Origin: Nemertoderma westbladi
Taxonomy: Eukaryota; Animalia; Xenacoelomorpha
Length of the DNA stretch: 64,000 bases
NCBI GenBank assembly: GCA_032718475.1
Contig: JAUCBJ010005264.1
Coordinates: forward strand, 161-64,160
Direction of reading: 5' to 3'
The translations under genes and the position numbers were made by a program. The notes under the pieces were generated by a model that saw only the letters and a program-made list of their open reading frames with translations, searched no databases and was not told the origin of the DNA. Each line of letters starts with the position of its first letter. Positions within the stretch are counted from its first letter, which is position 1. Below are positions 12,486-25,075 of the stretch, piece after piece.

Positions 12486-13629
12486 TTCTTGCTATTACCA
12501 GATAGAAAATGGAAATATTACAGTAGGCCTATTATATAATACCGGTACCGGTATTGTAAAAAAATATTAGCTCAATACAGCAATACGCAATAGGCAGATA
12601 GGGGCCTACACCAATACTCTGATACCTTGATACTGTAATAATTAATAGTACTGTAAGGGTAGGGTAGGCCTAGTACAGTAGTATGTTTTATTGACCAAAT
12701 TACAGAAATTACTTTACTCTGTTGTGGTTTTAGTACGAAAATAGCCTAATAATATTAGGCCTATCCTTGGCCTTGCACCTTGCAGCCTTCCCGAGACTGG
12801 CATAATCAGCACAGATGTAGAAGACGCAGTACAGGTACTGTACTGGGCGTGTAGATACCGTTAAGCCGTTTCAACTATTACTCAGTTACTGCCGGCGCGG
12901 CACTATTAGGCCTATTAATAATAAACCTGTATTGCTGTATTGTATAGACATAGACAATATCTGAATATGGCTGTGTTCAGTCTCAGTGGTGTTGTATTGT
13001 AAAAATTGTGTATTATTATGGCAGTATTGTATTATATGATATTTGTTTGTATTGTAATGATATATATTCTAATGTTACCTATTGATAGTAAAATGTACAA
13101 ACAATATAAAATATTAGGCTTATAGCACATAGCAGTACCGGAATATGGAATACAGGTATATCTGCAGGTACTGTACAGTACAGCAGTAATAATACAGTAA
13201 TATTGAAATCAGCTGATATATATAATGTTTCACAAAAATTCCCTATAGGGGCTGTTGCGCTGTCAGTCAGAGAGGTAACAGCCCATGGGGTAAGGATTTA
13301 CCCATGGGGCTCTAACTATCAGATAGTCTGATACCAACTGTCAGACAGTCTTTTTCAGCTATCAGATAGATGATCGCCCAGTTACAAGTTGCCCGATAGT
13401 TGTATTTTTTAAACCCGGAGTGTTGTTGACGGAGTCTGTTACTTCCGAAATCGTTGATCGTGGTGCCGGTGCCGGAATTCTGGCTTTGATTAAAAACACT
13501 GAACTGCTAAACGATGGCGGAATCTACGAAACCCGGCCGGATTCCTAATCCGAGGAGGCGACGGAGTCAATTAAACGTAACAATGAAACGATCGCGATGG
13601 ACAATGGACTGATGGAGTCTATTCAATGT

Positions 13630-14170
13630 ATCCAGAACGATACGATGGCGGCGGAGTCTATTACAGTATTAAACACGCATCCAAAGCGATCAGATGATGG
13701 CGAAGTAATCTACAAAACAGAGAACGACAGTCTGACAGTAAGGCGATTGTGTTTCTGAGCTAATTAAACCCAGTAAGATGTGCATAGCGAAGCGATCGAG
13801 ACGGATAACGGAGTCTATTACAGTATTAAACACGCAACCAAAGCGATCAGACGATGGCGAAGTAATCTACAAAACAGAGAACGACAGGAAGGCGATGGAG
13901 TTTCTGCGTTAATTAAACCCAGTAAGATGTGCATAGCGAAGCGATCGAGACGGATAACGGAGTCTATTACAGTATTAAACACGCAACCAAAGCGATCAGA
14001 CGATGGCGAAGTAATCTACAAAACAGAGAACGACAGGAAGGCGATGGAGTTTATTAAACCCAGTAAGATGGTGCATAGCGAAGCGATCGAGACGGATAAC
14101 GGAGTCTATTACAGAATTAAACCTGGAACGAAGACGGTGGAATCTATAGGCCTAAACCTGGAACAATGCG
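13630..14170. repeat. ~145-150-bp tandem repeat (~3.5 copies) inside the TIR element
   Basis: ggataacggagtctattacag recurs at ~13803, ~13952 and ~14094. Confidence 0.8.
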
Positions 14171-15045
14171 AACAAGGCTACTCTAAAGTTAGACTAGACT
14201 GGTTTGTGAGATTAACTTGCCAATACTAACTCAATACAATTTGCTTTCTTCGAATTCCTAATAATATATTTTAATCTTAATAATAAATTATTCAACATCA
14301 ATTATTTTATAAGTCTTGTCAATGTATAAGATTTCTAAAGACTAAAGAGCTAACTTTAGGAAGATCTGCCTTATATTTTTAGAATTATTATAATTAATTT
14401 TGTTATGTTTATAATGAATTGTATCTTTTGACAGACTACTTGATGTGCGACCGTGATAATAAAATTAAATGGTGCCGAAATATTTTCACTTACTTAACTG
14501 CAGGGGGGGGGGGGGGGCAATCAATATTCTTCCCTCTCCAGGTGAAAATCGACGCAAATAACAGCTTGTTTACTACTAAAATAAAACTGCATCCTGTTCT
14601 ATAGGAAAAAACATTATAGGGGAAACTTTAGCAAGTTGTGTTTATTTTAGCCGATAGACAAGATTACATGTTTACCAAGTTTGGTATAATTTAGTCAAAG
14701 ATTGAATAAGTTACGATTTAAATTATCAGTGGAGGGTGAAGGCGCCGGGCCAGGATTCAGTTATACTTGAATAAAGAATAGTGATTAAACCAAGCAGCCA
14801 AGGGATACGCGATATATGACACTGCTGTATAAGTTCATTGAATGACTGTTGATTTCGAAACATTTAATTCAAAACTATATAAATGTTAATATAATATTGG
14901 ATTTTTTTTTTGTAATAATAATTGACAGATTAATTATATTTCATTAATTTATTTTTTTTATCTAATCACATTAAATAACGAAGCACAGAAATAATACTAA
15001 GATTGAATATTTAATTGAAGGTACAGTACCGAATTGAATATTTGA

Positions 15046-15247
15046 ATGGGAGAATCTTTTAGGCTCGTTAAGCCAAGGAATGCCTGTTCAACACCATGGG
15101 TGATCTTTCACAGTAAACCCTTCCACTCTGTTTCCCAAGTTGCCTTGGTTCCCAATCGACCACTGAAGGATAAAAGCCGGGGTTGGGCTAGGCTGCAGCA
15201 TTTAAAGCACTGTGCCCAAACAGTACTGCTCCATCTAGGGATCGAAC
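15046..15247 (-). mobile_element. 5'-truncated SINE copy with 13-bp TSD
   Basis: Homologous to 17393-18219; TSD ATTGAATATTTGA at 15033-15045 and 15248-15260; truncated at the B box. Confidence 0.8.
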
Positions 15248-15362
15248 ATTGAATATTTGAGATTGCATAAGATAGAGTATTGAATATTGAATATCTTCGG
15301 CCGTCATCCCGTTGGTGACTGCATTGGCAACCATTTCGACAGTTTCGATTGGTTTCGGCTCT

Positions 15363-15693
15363 TCAGTCCCCGAATAGACCGATGGTCGGTGTGGTTGCTG
15401 TCCCCATGACTGAGGCTGCATTACCAACCAAAATTGCCATCTCCAGGCGTTGGAGCAGAAACTGGTGTGACCGCGGTTCGTGGGTGGCACTGTGGAGACG
15501 AGCCCCGATCTCCCGGAGGAAGGTGGATGTCTCTGGACCAGGGCGGCCAAAGGTCTCAAAGGCCACGGGGTGAAATAAATGGCCCCGGTCCATTAGGTCG
15601 CGATACTTAGAGTTTGTAATGCGCTCCGCCCCCTTAGCTGAGTGCCCCTCGGCAATGATGGTTTGTTGAAGGTGGCTGGGGGCCAGTGGATCT
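15363..15693 (-). mobile_element. 3' fragment of an RLE-type (CRE-like) non-LTR retrotransposon
   Basis: DPLAPSH..AE..KYRDL..FHPVAFETFG..FLLQRLEMAILVGNAASVMGT resembles the restriction-like endonuclease C-terminus (ET.G / QRGNA-like motifs). Confidence 0.65.
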
Positions 15694-16719
15694 AGTAATA
15701 ATTAACGCAAAGATATGATTAGGTAGGCCTACGTGATATTACTGTATTAATTTCTCAAACCAAACCTCCATTGACGTCAAATATATCCAATTTCTCAATC
15801 CATACTAATCCGTATGTAATAATGCAGTAATGTACACTGTAATGCAATACCGGTAATGTCAATGTCCAACCAAACAATGCGTTGAGTGTTATCGGACCAG
15901 CCTCCGAGAAATGTTAGGCTAACGGCACCTCGCTCTGTCGCATCAGTTTTTGTAGTGGTCTAGTTCCAGGCTACCAGAATCCGTTAGGCCTAGTGCATGA
16001 TATAGAATCAGCACATCCTGACATCTGTGCAACTCCTGAACTCACGCGAGCATTTTACAGATGGATGGTGGTCTAATTTATATGGTCTTGTACCGCGAAA
16101 CCGTGTATTATTTACAGATGTAGGCTAAATTTCGGGTCTTGTACCGTGCACAGTACTGGTGGGCCTACACAGCTACTGCTATTTTGCCTAATACAGTACC
16201 CAGAGGTAAATCCTTACCCTACAGGCTGTTACCTCTCTGACTGACAGCGCAACAGCCCTCTCTCAAAATTCCTGGTAACACTGATAATACTTACTGTAGG
16301 CAAATTTCTCTCTAGAATGAGTCACAGCTTATCTCTGATTGGCTAAACCCACAATGGCAGTAGATTGAAGTGCGTGGGTGTCAGCTACAATTACAACCGT
16401 CCTCAATCACCCTACATACATTGTAGAATGTATAAGCCACCGCCCAGAGGCGGATTAGATTAGATACAATGTAGTTTTGATTTATCCCTTAGGCTAAATT
16501 AACTGCAATCTCTAAATAAAATGTTACAGGCCACCTACGGGATTCGACTATCTCTAAATGCGGAAATGTTAGTCAAAAGATATCTACTACAAGTTATAAT
16601 TACCCTATAATTAAATTGTCGATCTCCCTCCTTAGAGTGGACGGTGGTGGGCGTTACGTGATAGACTAACAACTGCTGCTGCCTGGCCCTGGTCATAAAA
16701 GGCCAGTTTTACAGTATTG

Positions 16720-16824
16720 ACTATTTAAAGTCGGGATCCCGAGATAATAAGTCGGGATCTATCTCGGGATCCCGGCTTATTATGTAGATTAAAAATGGTG
16801 AGATATCCCTTTAGGGGCTCCGTA
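16720..16824. mobile_element. One-ended remnant of the IS3EU-like MITE family
   Basis: Right end tccctttaggggctccgta identical to that of 38793-39304; GTATTG at 16714-16719 and 16825-16830. Confidence 0.5.
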
Positions 16825-17392
16825 GTATTGATATTGAGTTTCTTAATATACATATTATGTGGGGGGGGGGGGGGGGGGGGGTGGGGAAATCCTATTTTAG
16901 GTGAATTAATATCTCGCCTCAATGTAAAATTCCTAATTTAGGGAAAGGAGCAGGTTAAATTGGGCACGTCATTCTAACCAAAACAATAAACAAAAGTCAA
17001 CAAAAATGAGCAGGTTACAGTTTTTGGTAGTAATCAGCTGTTATTTGCGTCGAATTTCACCTGGAAAGAAATAAATTTCGGTTGCGTCGAAAGTCCCCCC
17101 CCCCCCCCCTCCCCCTATCTGAATTTATTTTATTCCATGTACACTGTACAGTACATTGTGGTCATTCTGGCCCATGTGAATAATACCAGACTTTCTGAAG
17201 TTATATTTCACTTTGCAGTTACCCGATGTGAAGAATTCCAGGTTTTCACCAAAAACACAGGTTACAGAAGGGCTGAATCTAACCAAAACAATAATCGAAT
17301 TAGTATATGTACAGGTTATATTTAAGACAGAAATAAGCGCTATAAAACACTTAATAAAGATAAAATTAAAAAAATTAAAAATCTTCATATAT

Positions 17393-18219
17393 GAATGGGG
17401 GAATCTTTTAGGCTCGTTGAGCCAAGGAATGCCTGTTCACCACCGTGGGTGATCTTCCACAATAAACCCTTCCATTCTGTTTCCTAAAGGAATGCCTGTT
17501 CACCACCATGGGTGATCTTCCACAGTAAACCGTTCCACTCTGTTTCCTAAAGGAATGCCTGTTCACCACCATGGGTGATCTTCCACGGTAAACCCTTCCA
17601 CTCTGTTTCCTAAAGGAATGCCTGTTCACCACCATGGGTGATCTTCCACGGTAAACCCTTCCACTCTGTTTCCTAAAGGAATGCCTGTTCACCACCATGG
17701 GTGATCTTCCACAGTAAACCCTTCCACTCTGTTTCCTAAAGGAATGCCTGTTCACCACCATGGGTGATCTTCCACGGTAAACCCTTCCACTCTGTTTCCT
17801 AAAGGAATACCTGTTCACCACCATGGGTGATCTTCCACAGTAAACCGTTCCACTCTGTTTCCTAAAGGAATGCCTGTTCACCACCATGGGTGATCTTCCA
17901 CAGTAAACCCTTCCACTCTGTTTCCTAAAGGAATACCTGTTCACCACCATGGGTGATCTTCCACAGTAAACCGTTCCACTCGGTTTCCTAAAGGAATACC
18001 TGTTCACCACCATGGGTGATCTTCCACAGTAAACCCTTCCACTCTGTTTCCCAAGTTGCCTTGGTTCCCATTTATCGACCACTGAAGGATGAAAGCCAGG
18101 GTTGCGCTAGGCTGCAGCATTTAAAGCACTGTGCCCAAACAGTGCTGCCCAATCTAGGGATCGAACCAGGGCTCCCTAATTGGAAGCCCAGGAATGTCAC
18201 CACTAGACCAAGCTGCCAC
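17393..18219 (-). mobile_element. Full-length tRNA-derived SINE with internal 63-bp x ~10 expansion
   Basis: Minus strand A box TGGTCTAGTGG, B box GGTTCGATCCC; central ctttcatccttcagtggtcgataaatgggaacc resembles Meta/Nin-type SINE domains (from recall); TSD ATCTTCATATAT at 17381-17392 and 18220-18231. Confidence 0.85.
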
Positions 18220-19249
18220 ATCTTCATATATAAAATTCCAATAAAAAGTCGACCGAAAAGTGGAATCCTGGTATTCTTCACATGGGTGGTTACTGGTTAT
18301 TCTACTTTACAATCATATATATATACCCTGATGAAAATTAAAGTAGTGCTACTAAGTTCTTGTTGTCTGCTTGATATCTGCTTGTATATTTGTCAAACCG
18401 AGAAACCATGTTCTTTTTTAAATATTTTGTAAATGCTTAAAAAATAACTAACAATTTTGAATTTTGGCAAGTTTTATAGTTCTTGATAAAATTGCAACTT
18501 TTATTTTGACTGACACTTTTGATAAATTTGGGTTAAGTATTTGACAAATAACTAACAAATACTGTATGATGAATTATAGAAAATGATTAATACTTGCAAT
18601 TTTTCTTTCAACTGTCACTTTTATTTTGGATTCGGATAGCTTTGGATTTTTAGATCGCTCCGTTGGGAACGCCACAACTGCGGATCACACTACTATGAAG
18701 CGATTACAATGATATTCATTCTAAGGAGTCTTAACCCACCGGATATCAATCAAGAGGACGGAAGGTGAAGAACATAGTGGTGCTGACTGATGAGATGTCA
18801 GATGTTGAATCTCTAGTGTTACAGTACTATTATTGAAGGTAATGGCGCCATGGCCACTGTTGATTCGGATGTGGTGGTACCGGTAGTAATAATCGCATGT
18901 ATAAGATCATGTTAGGTAACAAGCGACTTCTACAAAAGTCTATATTTTTTGCCTTTGTTCTACCTATTCATCTTCCTTATTGCTAAACTGTATGAGTGTA
19001 TGCCGAGTAACTGTAATAGCCGAGTGACGCGAATTTTTATTGGCTACAGAACTTAGTAATTACTTTATTGTAATATATTATCGCAAAAGCATATTTGTAG
19101 TATCATGTATTAACGATACTGAGCATGATTAGAATAATATTAGTCGTTCATTATTTAGTTCAAGGTGTTTATGAATTATTTAGAATTATTGTTCGTGCGA
19201 AAATTGAAAGTTGATTTGTTTGATTCATACAGTGTCACAACTTAGAAAA

Positions 19250-19636
19250 CACAGGGCTTCCAGAGTTATTTAACTATATTCGAATATTATAGGTGGAGTG
19301 TGTTTTTAGGCTATAAGCGGATATTGCTACATATTTGGAATCCTTTCAACGCAAGCTTTCTATTGATGTGAAAAAAATTACGACTAAAGTAAAGAATGGC
19401 AATGATACAGAGGGTGCGATTTCACAAAAGACACTTTTTTAAAACGCTTATAAATAAAATTTAAAGGCGAAATCGAAAATTCCGGCTTCATGGTAACAAC
19501 CACGGTGAGTTAAACTAGTTGTGTTTCAAATTTCAAGCAATATGATAAAGATTTGTAGAAAAAATTGGGGGGGGGGGGGCACGGACCCCCCGTCCGTGTC
19601 ATCAGAAAATGACACTATATTACGGGTCATTGTGTA
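19250..19636. mobile_element. Diverged half-copy of the TA-TSD foldback MITE family (cf. 42624-43523)
   Basis: Ends gaaaatgacactatattacgggtcattgtgta vs gaataacgacactatattccaggacatggtgta; shares subterminal poly-G and tttcaaatttca segments. Confidence 0.5.
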
Positions 19637-20473
19637 CTATATCAATAATATATACAATCATATATACAATCATTTCGCAATGTTACAATTTTGGAATAAA
19701 ACTACATACATACTTGGTGCAAAGTACTTTACAGTGTTCTGATCCTCGTGGATTATTTTCACTCACTCACTAACGTTCGTTCGTGTAACAAAGCCACTCG
19801 GATTATCACACTACGCTACTTTACACACAAGTATGTAATTACTAATTTGTAATCTTTTCAACAACGCCTTTCCATTGGTGTAACAAATCACAATAAGGAC
19901 GAACAATAATTGCGGTGCGACAGGTGCAATGTTTAATTACTTATTGAACAATAGTATATTTTAATAATAAATTATGATAATAAGGATGATATTAACAATA
20001 AAATTACATATTGTACGGTAAATAATAAACGCAATTATTTACCATAATGATGTAAATAAGTCAGATCCAGCTGACTTATTTACCTCCATCGCTGCGGTCG
20101 TCGGTAAATAAGAGATCTCGGGGGGTCAAACGCTAAATATATCATATTTTATATATATTTTCAATATATACTGTAGTTATTATTTGGTTATACAGTACTA
20201 TGTAAATATAACAAATTTTATTCTACGTACATTTACGCAAAGTGTCATTTTAAATAATTCATAATTTAGGCATACTTATACTACGCCTACCTGGTGTGAC
20301 ACAATGACGTTCGATAATAAAACCAGAGTTCATCCTCAGCAAATACCCAGCCCGGTTTCAGGCCGTTCGAGACTCAAATTGAGTCGACATACTTCATTTT
20401 AAATGAACTGTATAATTGAGTAATAGCCTCTTAATTCAACTCTCAATTACAAATCCTTTCGAATGAGTTACAG

Positions 20474-21180
20474 TACTATATGAGCTAATGAGCTACTATA
20501 TGAGCTAATGAGCTACTATATGAGCTAATGAGCTACTATATGAGCTAATGAGCTACTATATGAGCTAATGTGTTACTATATGAGCTAATGAGCTACTATA
20601 TGAGCTAAAGTGTTACTATATGAGCTAATGTGTTACTATATGAGCTAATGAGCTACTATATGAGCTAATGAGCTACTATATGAGCTAATGAGCTACTATA
20701 TGAGCTAATGCGTTACTATATGAGCTAATGAGCTACTATATGAGCTAATGTTTTACTATATGAGCTAATGAGCTACTATATGAGCTAATGAGTTACTATA
20801 TGAGCTAATGAGCTACTATATGAGCTAATGAGCTACTATATGAGCTAATGAGCTACTATATGAGCTAATGTGTTACTATATGAGCTAATGAGCTACTATA
20901 TGAGCTAATGAGCTACTATATGAGCTAATGAGCTACTATATGAGCTAATGAGCTACTATATGAGCTAATGAGCTACTATATGAGCTAATGAGCTACTATA
21001 TGAGCTAATGCGTTACTATATGAGCTAATGAGCTACTATATGAGCTAATGTGTTACTATATGAGCTAATGAGCTACTATATGAGCTAATGAGTTACTATA
21101 TGAGCTAATGAGCTACTATATGAGCTAATGAGCTACTATATGAGCTAATGAGCTACTATATGAGCTAATGAGCTACTATA
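20474..21180. repeat. 20-bp minisatellite TACTATATGAGCTAATGAGC, ~35 copies
   Basis: Exact 20-bp periodicity. Confidence 0.98.
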
Positions 21181-21779
21181 CAGTACGTATTTTTTGAGTT
21201 TGTGGTTCAGCCTGTAGGGGGAGGGGGGGGGGGGTCATTGTGTTAGACCCGGTACATACTGTACATTGTTTAAACTCATTAACTCATGTACATCGTGTCA
21301 ATCCTTTTTAAATTTTGTTATACAACATACATTGTGCCTACTGCGTATATTCTTTAGTACATTAATTGTTAAGATTTTACACTATATTTCTACATCATCT
21401 ATCAGTGATATAAAGTGTACACTTCGACTATTCGTAACTCCCATTTATTATAACTACTGCGTCGTGTATGTATTAATGATTAATCCATTGTGACGGACGA
21501 AATCTTGACAAATTTCGTCAGACAGACATGATGACGCAAGTTTATTTATGACAAGTTATACATACACAAACACATAGCGAAACTCAATCAATACCACACA
21601 TTAATACAACGAACACGTCCTCAGTAATTATTCACATATGGGTCATCATGGCATCACATGATGATAAAAGTAAATTCCTATTGGTAGCTGCACATTGTAG
21701 ATAATAATTATGTGAGTAAAGGAATGCGGAAATGGTTATTCACTACCAGGGTATTTTGGCAAGACTTAGGCAAATTATA

Positions 21780-21788
21780 TTCCAGGAA
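21780..21788. promoter_or_regulatory. Candidate STAT (GAS) site TTCCAGGAA
   Basis: Matches TTCCNGGAA ~135 bp upstream of the TRAF ATG; single short motif. Confidence 0.25.
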
Positions 21789-21922
21789 TCTTGATAAAAT
21801 AATTATAGCTAGTGCACGCAGTTTTTATTATCAATAATTATTTAATGCGTAACTTTATCTTTAAAATATTCGGTTTTGGTGGATATTGTCAAATAGAGTG
21901 ACAACCAGATTCCTCTAGCATA

Positions 21923-23350
21923 ATGTCGTATGATTGTATTGACTATGTTGGGTCTTCAGTTGTTTTAACAGATAACAAAACATCGTCGCTACCCCACCGT
22001 TGCAAAGTCAAAGGAAATAAACATATTTATTCGGCAGACTCCGTCTTTGTTGAATATATATGCGGAGTCTGTGGATATATATTAGAGGAACCCGTACAGA
22101 CCCCATGCGGCCATCGGTTATGCAATGATTGTAGTAAATCCACATTATATTCCGCTGTAGAGAAAACCGGGAGATGCCCGGAATGCTTCGAAATCTTCCG
22201 TCTAGACCAACTAAACCGAGATAGATCGTGCGAGCGGGAAATACGTAGTTTAACTATAAGTTGTAGTAACGAGGGTTGTTATTACGAGGGGACTTTAACC
22301 CAGCTGGAAACCCATTCGGAAATATGTAATCAACCTGTTCCTATGCCAACTAGTACCTCTGCAGAAAGTAAACTCTCTCAATTAAATTTAAACGACTCTA
22401 GTAACTTCTTTACATCGACAAATTTACCCAATACCATCAATATAGAAAGTAATGATGATGTTATTGGTGATATTCAACGTAAAGAAACTTATTGTTCTAG
22501 AACAAGTGAAGGATCTTATGGTAGTTGTGTTTATCCAACTTGTGAAAAAGTTCAAAATGGAAGCGGAAATCGTAAACAGTTTGGTTGTTGCCATGAGCAA
22601 CTACTTCCTATAGTAAACGAGTTAAAGGATCAAGTTAATCGGTTGGAGATAAAGTTATCGTCCAATGAAACAGCAGCAATACAGACCCCGCAGACCCATA
22701 ATGTACAAAAACAATCACCTAAGAGACGAAAAGGGAATTGGGCACATAAGAAACTCCCCAACAACTCTAAAGAAACCGCGGATATTTTGGAACAGATTGG
22801 TTACCTAGAAACCAAACTGGAACAAATTGAACAATCGTTGTCCCGCCCAAATCCTCAACCACTATCAACCAATGGAACCGTTTTGATAAAGTTAGGCGAT
22901 TTTTTGGGTAAAATCTTACCGGAAGCGCAATCCGGTATAGTAACGCGAATTTCATCCGAGCAGTTCTATACCAGTCGCTATGGTTACAAACTAATAGCAC
23001 ACATTTACCCTAATGGCGACGGATCCGGGAGGAATTCTCATCTTTCTGTATTTATTTGCGTGTTAAAATCCGAATTCGATCAAATTCAAAAATGGCCTTT
23101 CAGCCAAGAGATTTCAGTGACCATTCTCGACCAAACTAATCGCACGGATCACCTAATAAACGTTCTGCGATCGGAGATTCCAGATCATCCTAGTTTCTCG
23201 CGACCAGTAACTGAGGGTAACAATGGATTCGGAGTCCCAACATTGTTAGACTTAAAGATCTTATTTAAGAGACCCAATTGTTACCTTGGTAACAACGATA
23301 CTCTGTATATATTGGTTAATGTGGAACCAACTGTTGACAAGGTGCAATGA
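21923..23350 (+). CDS. TRAF: TNF receptor-associated factor (TRAF2/3/4/5-like), single-exon ORF
   Basis: 475 aa. C3HC4 RING (CGVC..PVQTPCGHRLCNDC..CPEC), one TRAF zinc finger (CSNEGC..H..IC), coiled-coil-like segments, MATH domain (FYTSRYGYKL..IYPNGDGSGRNSHLSVFI..KWPF..FSRP..GFG). Confidence 0.95.
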   Translation: MSYDCIDYVGSSVVLTDNKTSSLPHRCKVKGNKHIYSADSVFVEYICGVCGYILEEPVQTPCGHRLCNDCSKSTLYSAVEKTGRCPECFEIFRLDQLNRDRSCEREIRSLTISCSNEGCYYEGTLTQLETHSEICNQPVPMPTSTSAESKLSQLNLNDSSNFFTSTNLPNTINIESNDDVIGDIQRKETYCSRTSEGSYGSCVYPTCEKVQNGSGNRKQFGCCHEQLLPIVNELKDQVNRLEIKLSSNETAAIQTPQTHNVQKQSPKRRKGNWAHKKLPNNSKETADILEQIGYLETKLEQIEQSLSRPNPQPLSTNGTVLIKLGDFLGKILPEAQSGIVTRISSEQFYTSRYGYKLIAHIYPNGDGSGRNSHLSVFICVLKSEFDQIQKWPFSQEISVTILDQTNRTDHLINVLRSEIPDHPSFSRPVTEGNNGFGVPTLLDLKILFKRPNCYLGNNDTLYILVNVEPTVDKVQ

Positions 23351-24290
23351 TTAACGAAATTAAGAAGTAATCATTGTGGGGCGAGCCACGATGTCTGTGA
23401 GTCTTAACATTCAGTTTAGTGGTGACCAAATCGTCATTGGCGGTCTGCATGTCTGTCCGACTCAATGCTTCAAGATCAATCATCTTAATAGCGGCTCACT
23501 GAAATGTGTTGGTTTGATTGTAGTAGCGAAAATGTTTAGCTACTGTTAGTAATTGGCACCCCGAATCTCACTATGCAATGCCTATTTATTTGGATCGATA
23601 AGGTTTACTAACTAATTCCTAATTTATTCAGCTCTAACATCTCGCGGTTGAACTCTCATCCATATTTCAACGTCACTCATTCGTACCACCTCCATATTCT
23701 GTTGAACTTTTATAATAATATATCTATTTCAATGCCACCTCTCGCCCTCCTCTGCATTAAAGCTTTGTAGATCGAGCTATTGGATTAATTATGATTAGGC
23801 CGGGGGGGGGGGGGGTCTATATAATCATTTATTTTATGGCCCCGGGAATTTTCTTTATTTAAAACTGACCTTTACATGTATTTTTACCGATCAGCGATCA
23901 GCACATTGAGTAATATTATTGATATTTATTAATATTTCCCGCGGGTAATTTCTATTATAGCTGACTATATAAGACTCATAATAATCTTCTTTATAATAAT
24001 ATTAATTTGATTTATTTGATTTGAATCTGTAGTTCCCATTGGTGTTTCTGTTTGTCATCATTCATGTTTATGATATATTTCGGTATTGATTGAATTTGTT
24101 ATTGAAAATGTATTGCGTTTTATTATAAAATAGTTAGTTAAACAGAACTTTGGATCGACAAACACGGCGAATTGACACCAGTAACCAACATTATCAGTAG
24201 TTCTATCAACTGTGTTAGTTGGTAGTCCCCCACCTAACCTAACCTAACATACATTGCCTACTACAGTGCACCAATCATACTTGGGATTGT

Positions 24291-24361
24291 TTACATGTTG
24301 GGTGTCCGCTGCCTTGGCAACTCAACACCACATCGATCAGTCATGTAACTCCAGAATTCAT
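24291..24361 (-). CDS. Possible last coding exon of the unidentified minus-strand gene
   Basis: Acceptor ..AACGCAG|AT GAA TTC TGG..ATG TAA (EFWSYMTDRCGVELPRQRTPNM*). In frame only if the previous exon uses the GTGGGT donor rather than GTGAGT. Confidence 0.35.
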
Positions 24362-24374
24362 CTGCGTTATCAGC

Positions 24375-25062
24375 ACCCTCTACCCCCCACCCTATACCCC
24401 CCGCCACCTACCCCACACCCTCTACCCCCCACCCTCTACCCCTACCCTCTACCCCACACCCTCTACCCCCACCCTACCCCTGCCCCTACCCCACACCCTC
24501 TACCCCCCACCCCTCCCCTACCCTCTACCCCACACCCTCTACCCCCCACCCTATACCCCCCGCCACCTACCCCCACCCTCTACCCCCCACCCTCTACCCC
24601 TCCCCTACCCCACACCCTCTACCCCCCACCCTCTACCCCCCCACTCTGCCCCCCACCCCTGTACCCCCACCCTCTACCCCACATCCTCTACCCACCACCC
24701 GATACCCCCCGCCACCTACCCCATCCTCCCCCACCCTCTACCCTACACCCTCTACCCCTCACCCTATACCCCCCCCACTCTACCCCACCCCTACCCCTAC
24801 CCTACCCCCCACCCTCTGCCCCCCACCCCTACCCCCACCCTCTACCCCACACCCTCTACCCACCACCCGATACCCCCCGCCACCTACCCCCATCCTCTAC
24901 CCCCACCCTCTACCATCTCCCCACCCTCGGCCCCCCACCCTACACTCTTTACCCTACTCCCTCTACCCCACACCCCCTACCCCCCACCTTCTACCCTCTA
25001 CCCCCCACCTTCTACCCTCTACCCCCCACACTCTGCCCCCCCCCCACCCCTGTGCCCCCACC
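24375..25062. repeat. C-rich minisatellite (ACCCTCTACCCCCC-like); G-quadruplex-prone on - strand
   Basis: Degenerate ~14-bp units; source of the Pro-rich ORF 24254-25363. Confidence 0.9.
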
Positions 25063-25075
25063 CTTTCAAACTCAC

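Larger units (their letters stand above)
13243..16264. mobile_element. 3-kb non-autonomous TIR DNA transposon with 8-bp TSD
   Basis: ~65-bp imperfect TIRs (gggctgttgcgctgtcagtcagagaggtaacagcc); TSD AAAATTCC at 13235-13242 and 16265-16272; no transposase seen. Confidence 0.8.

Noticed and set aside
17408-18082. 224-aa repeat ORF / CRISPR-like periodicity
   Set aside because: 63-bp tandem units with no unique spacers, inside a SINE.
18130-18219. tRNA gene
   Set aside because: A/B boxes belong to a SINE head flanked by TSDs; no full cloverleaf.
18640-18900. GC-richer patch resembling an exon
   Set aside because: No convincing open frame with paired splice sites or recognisable protein.
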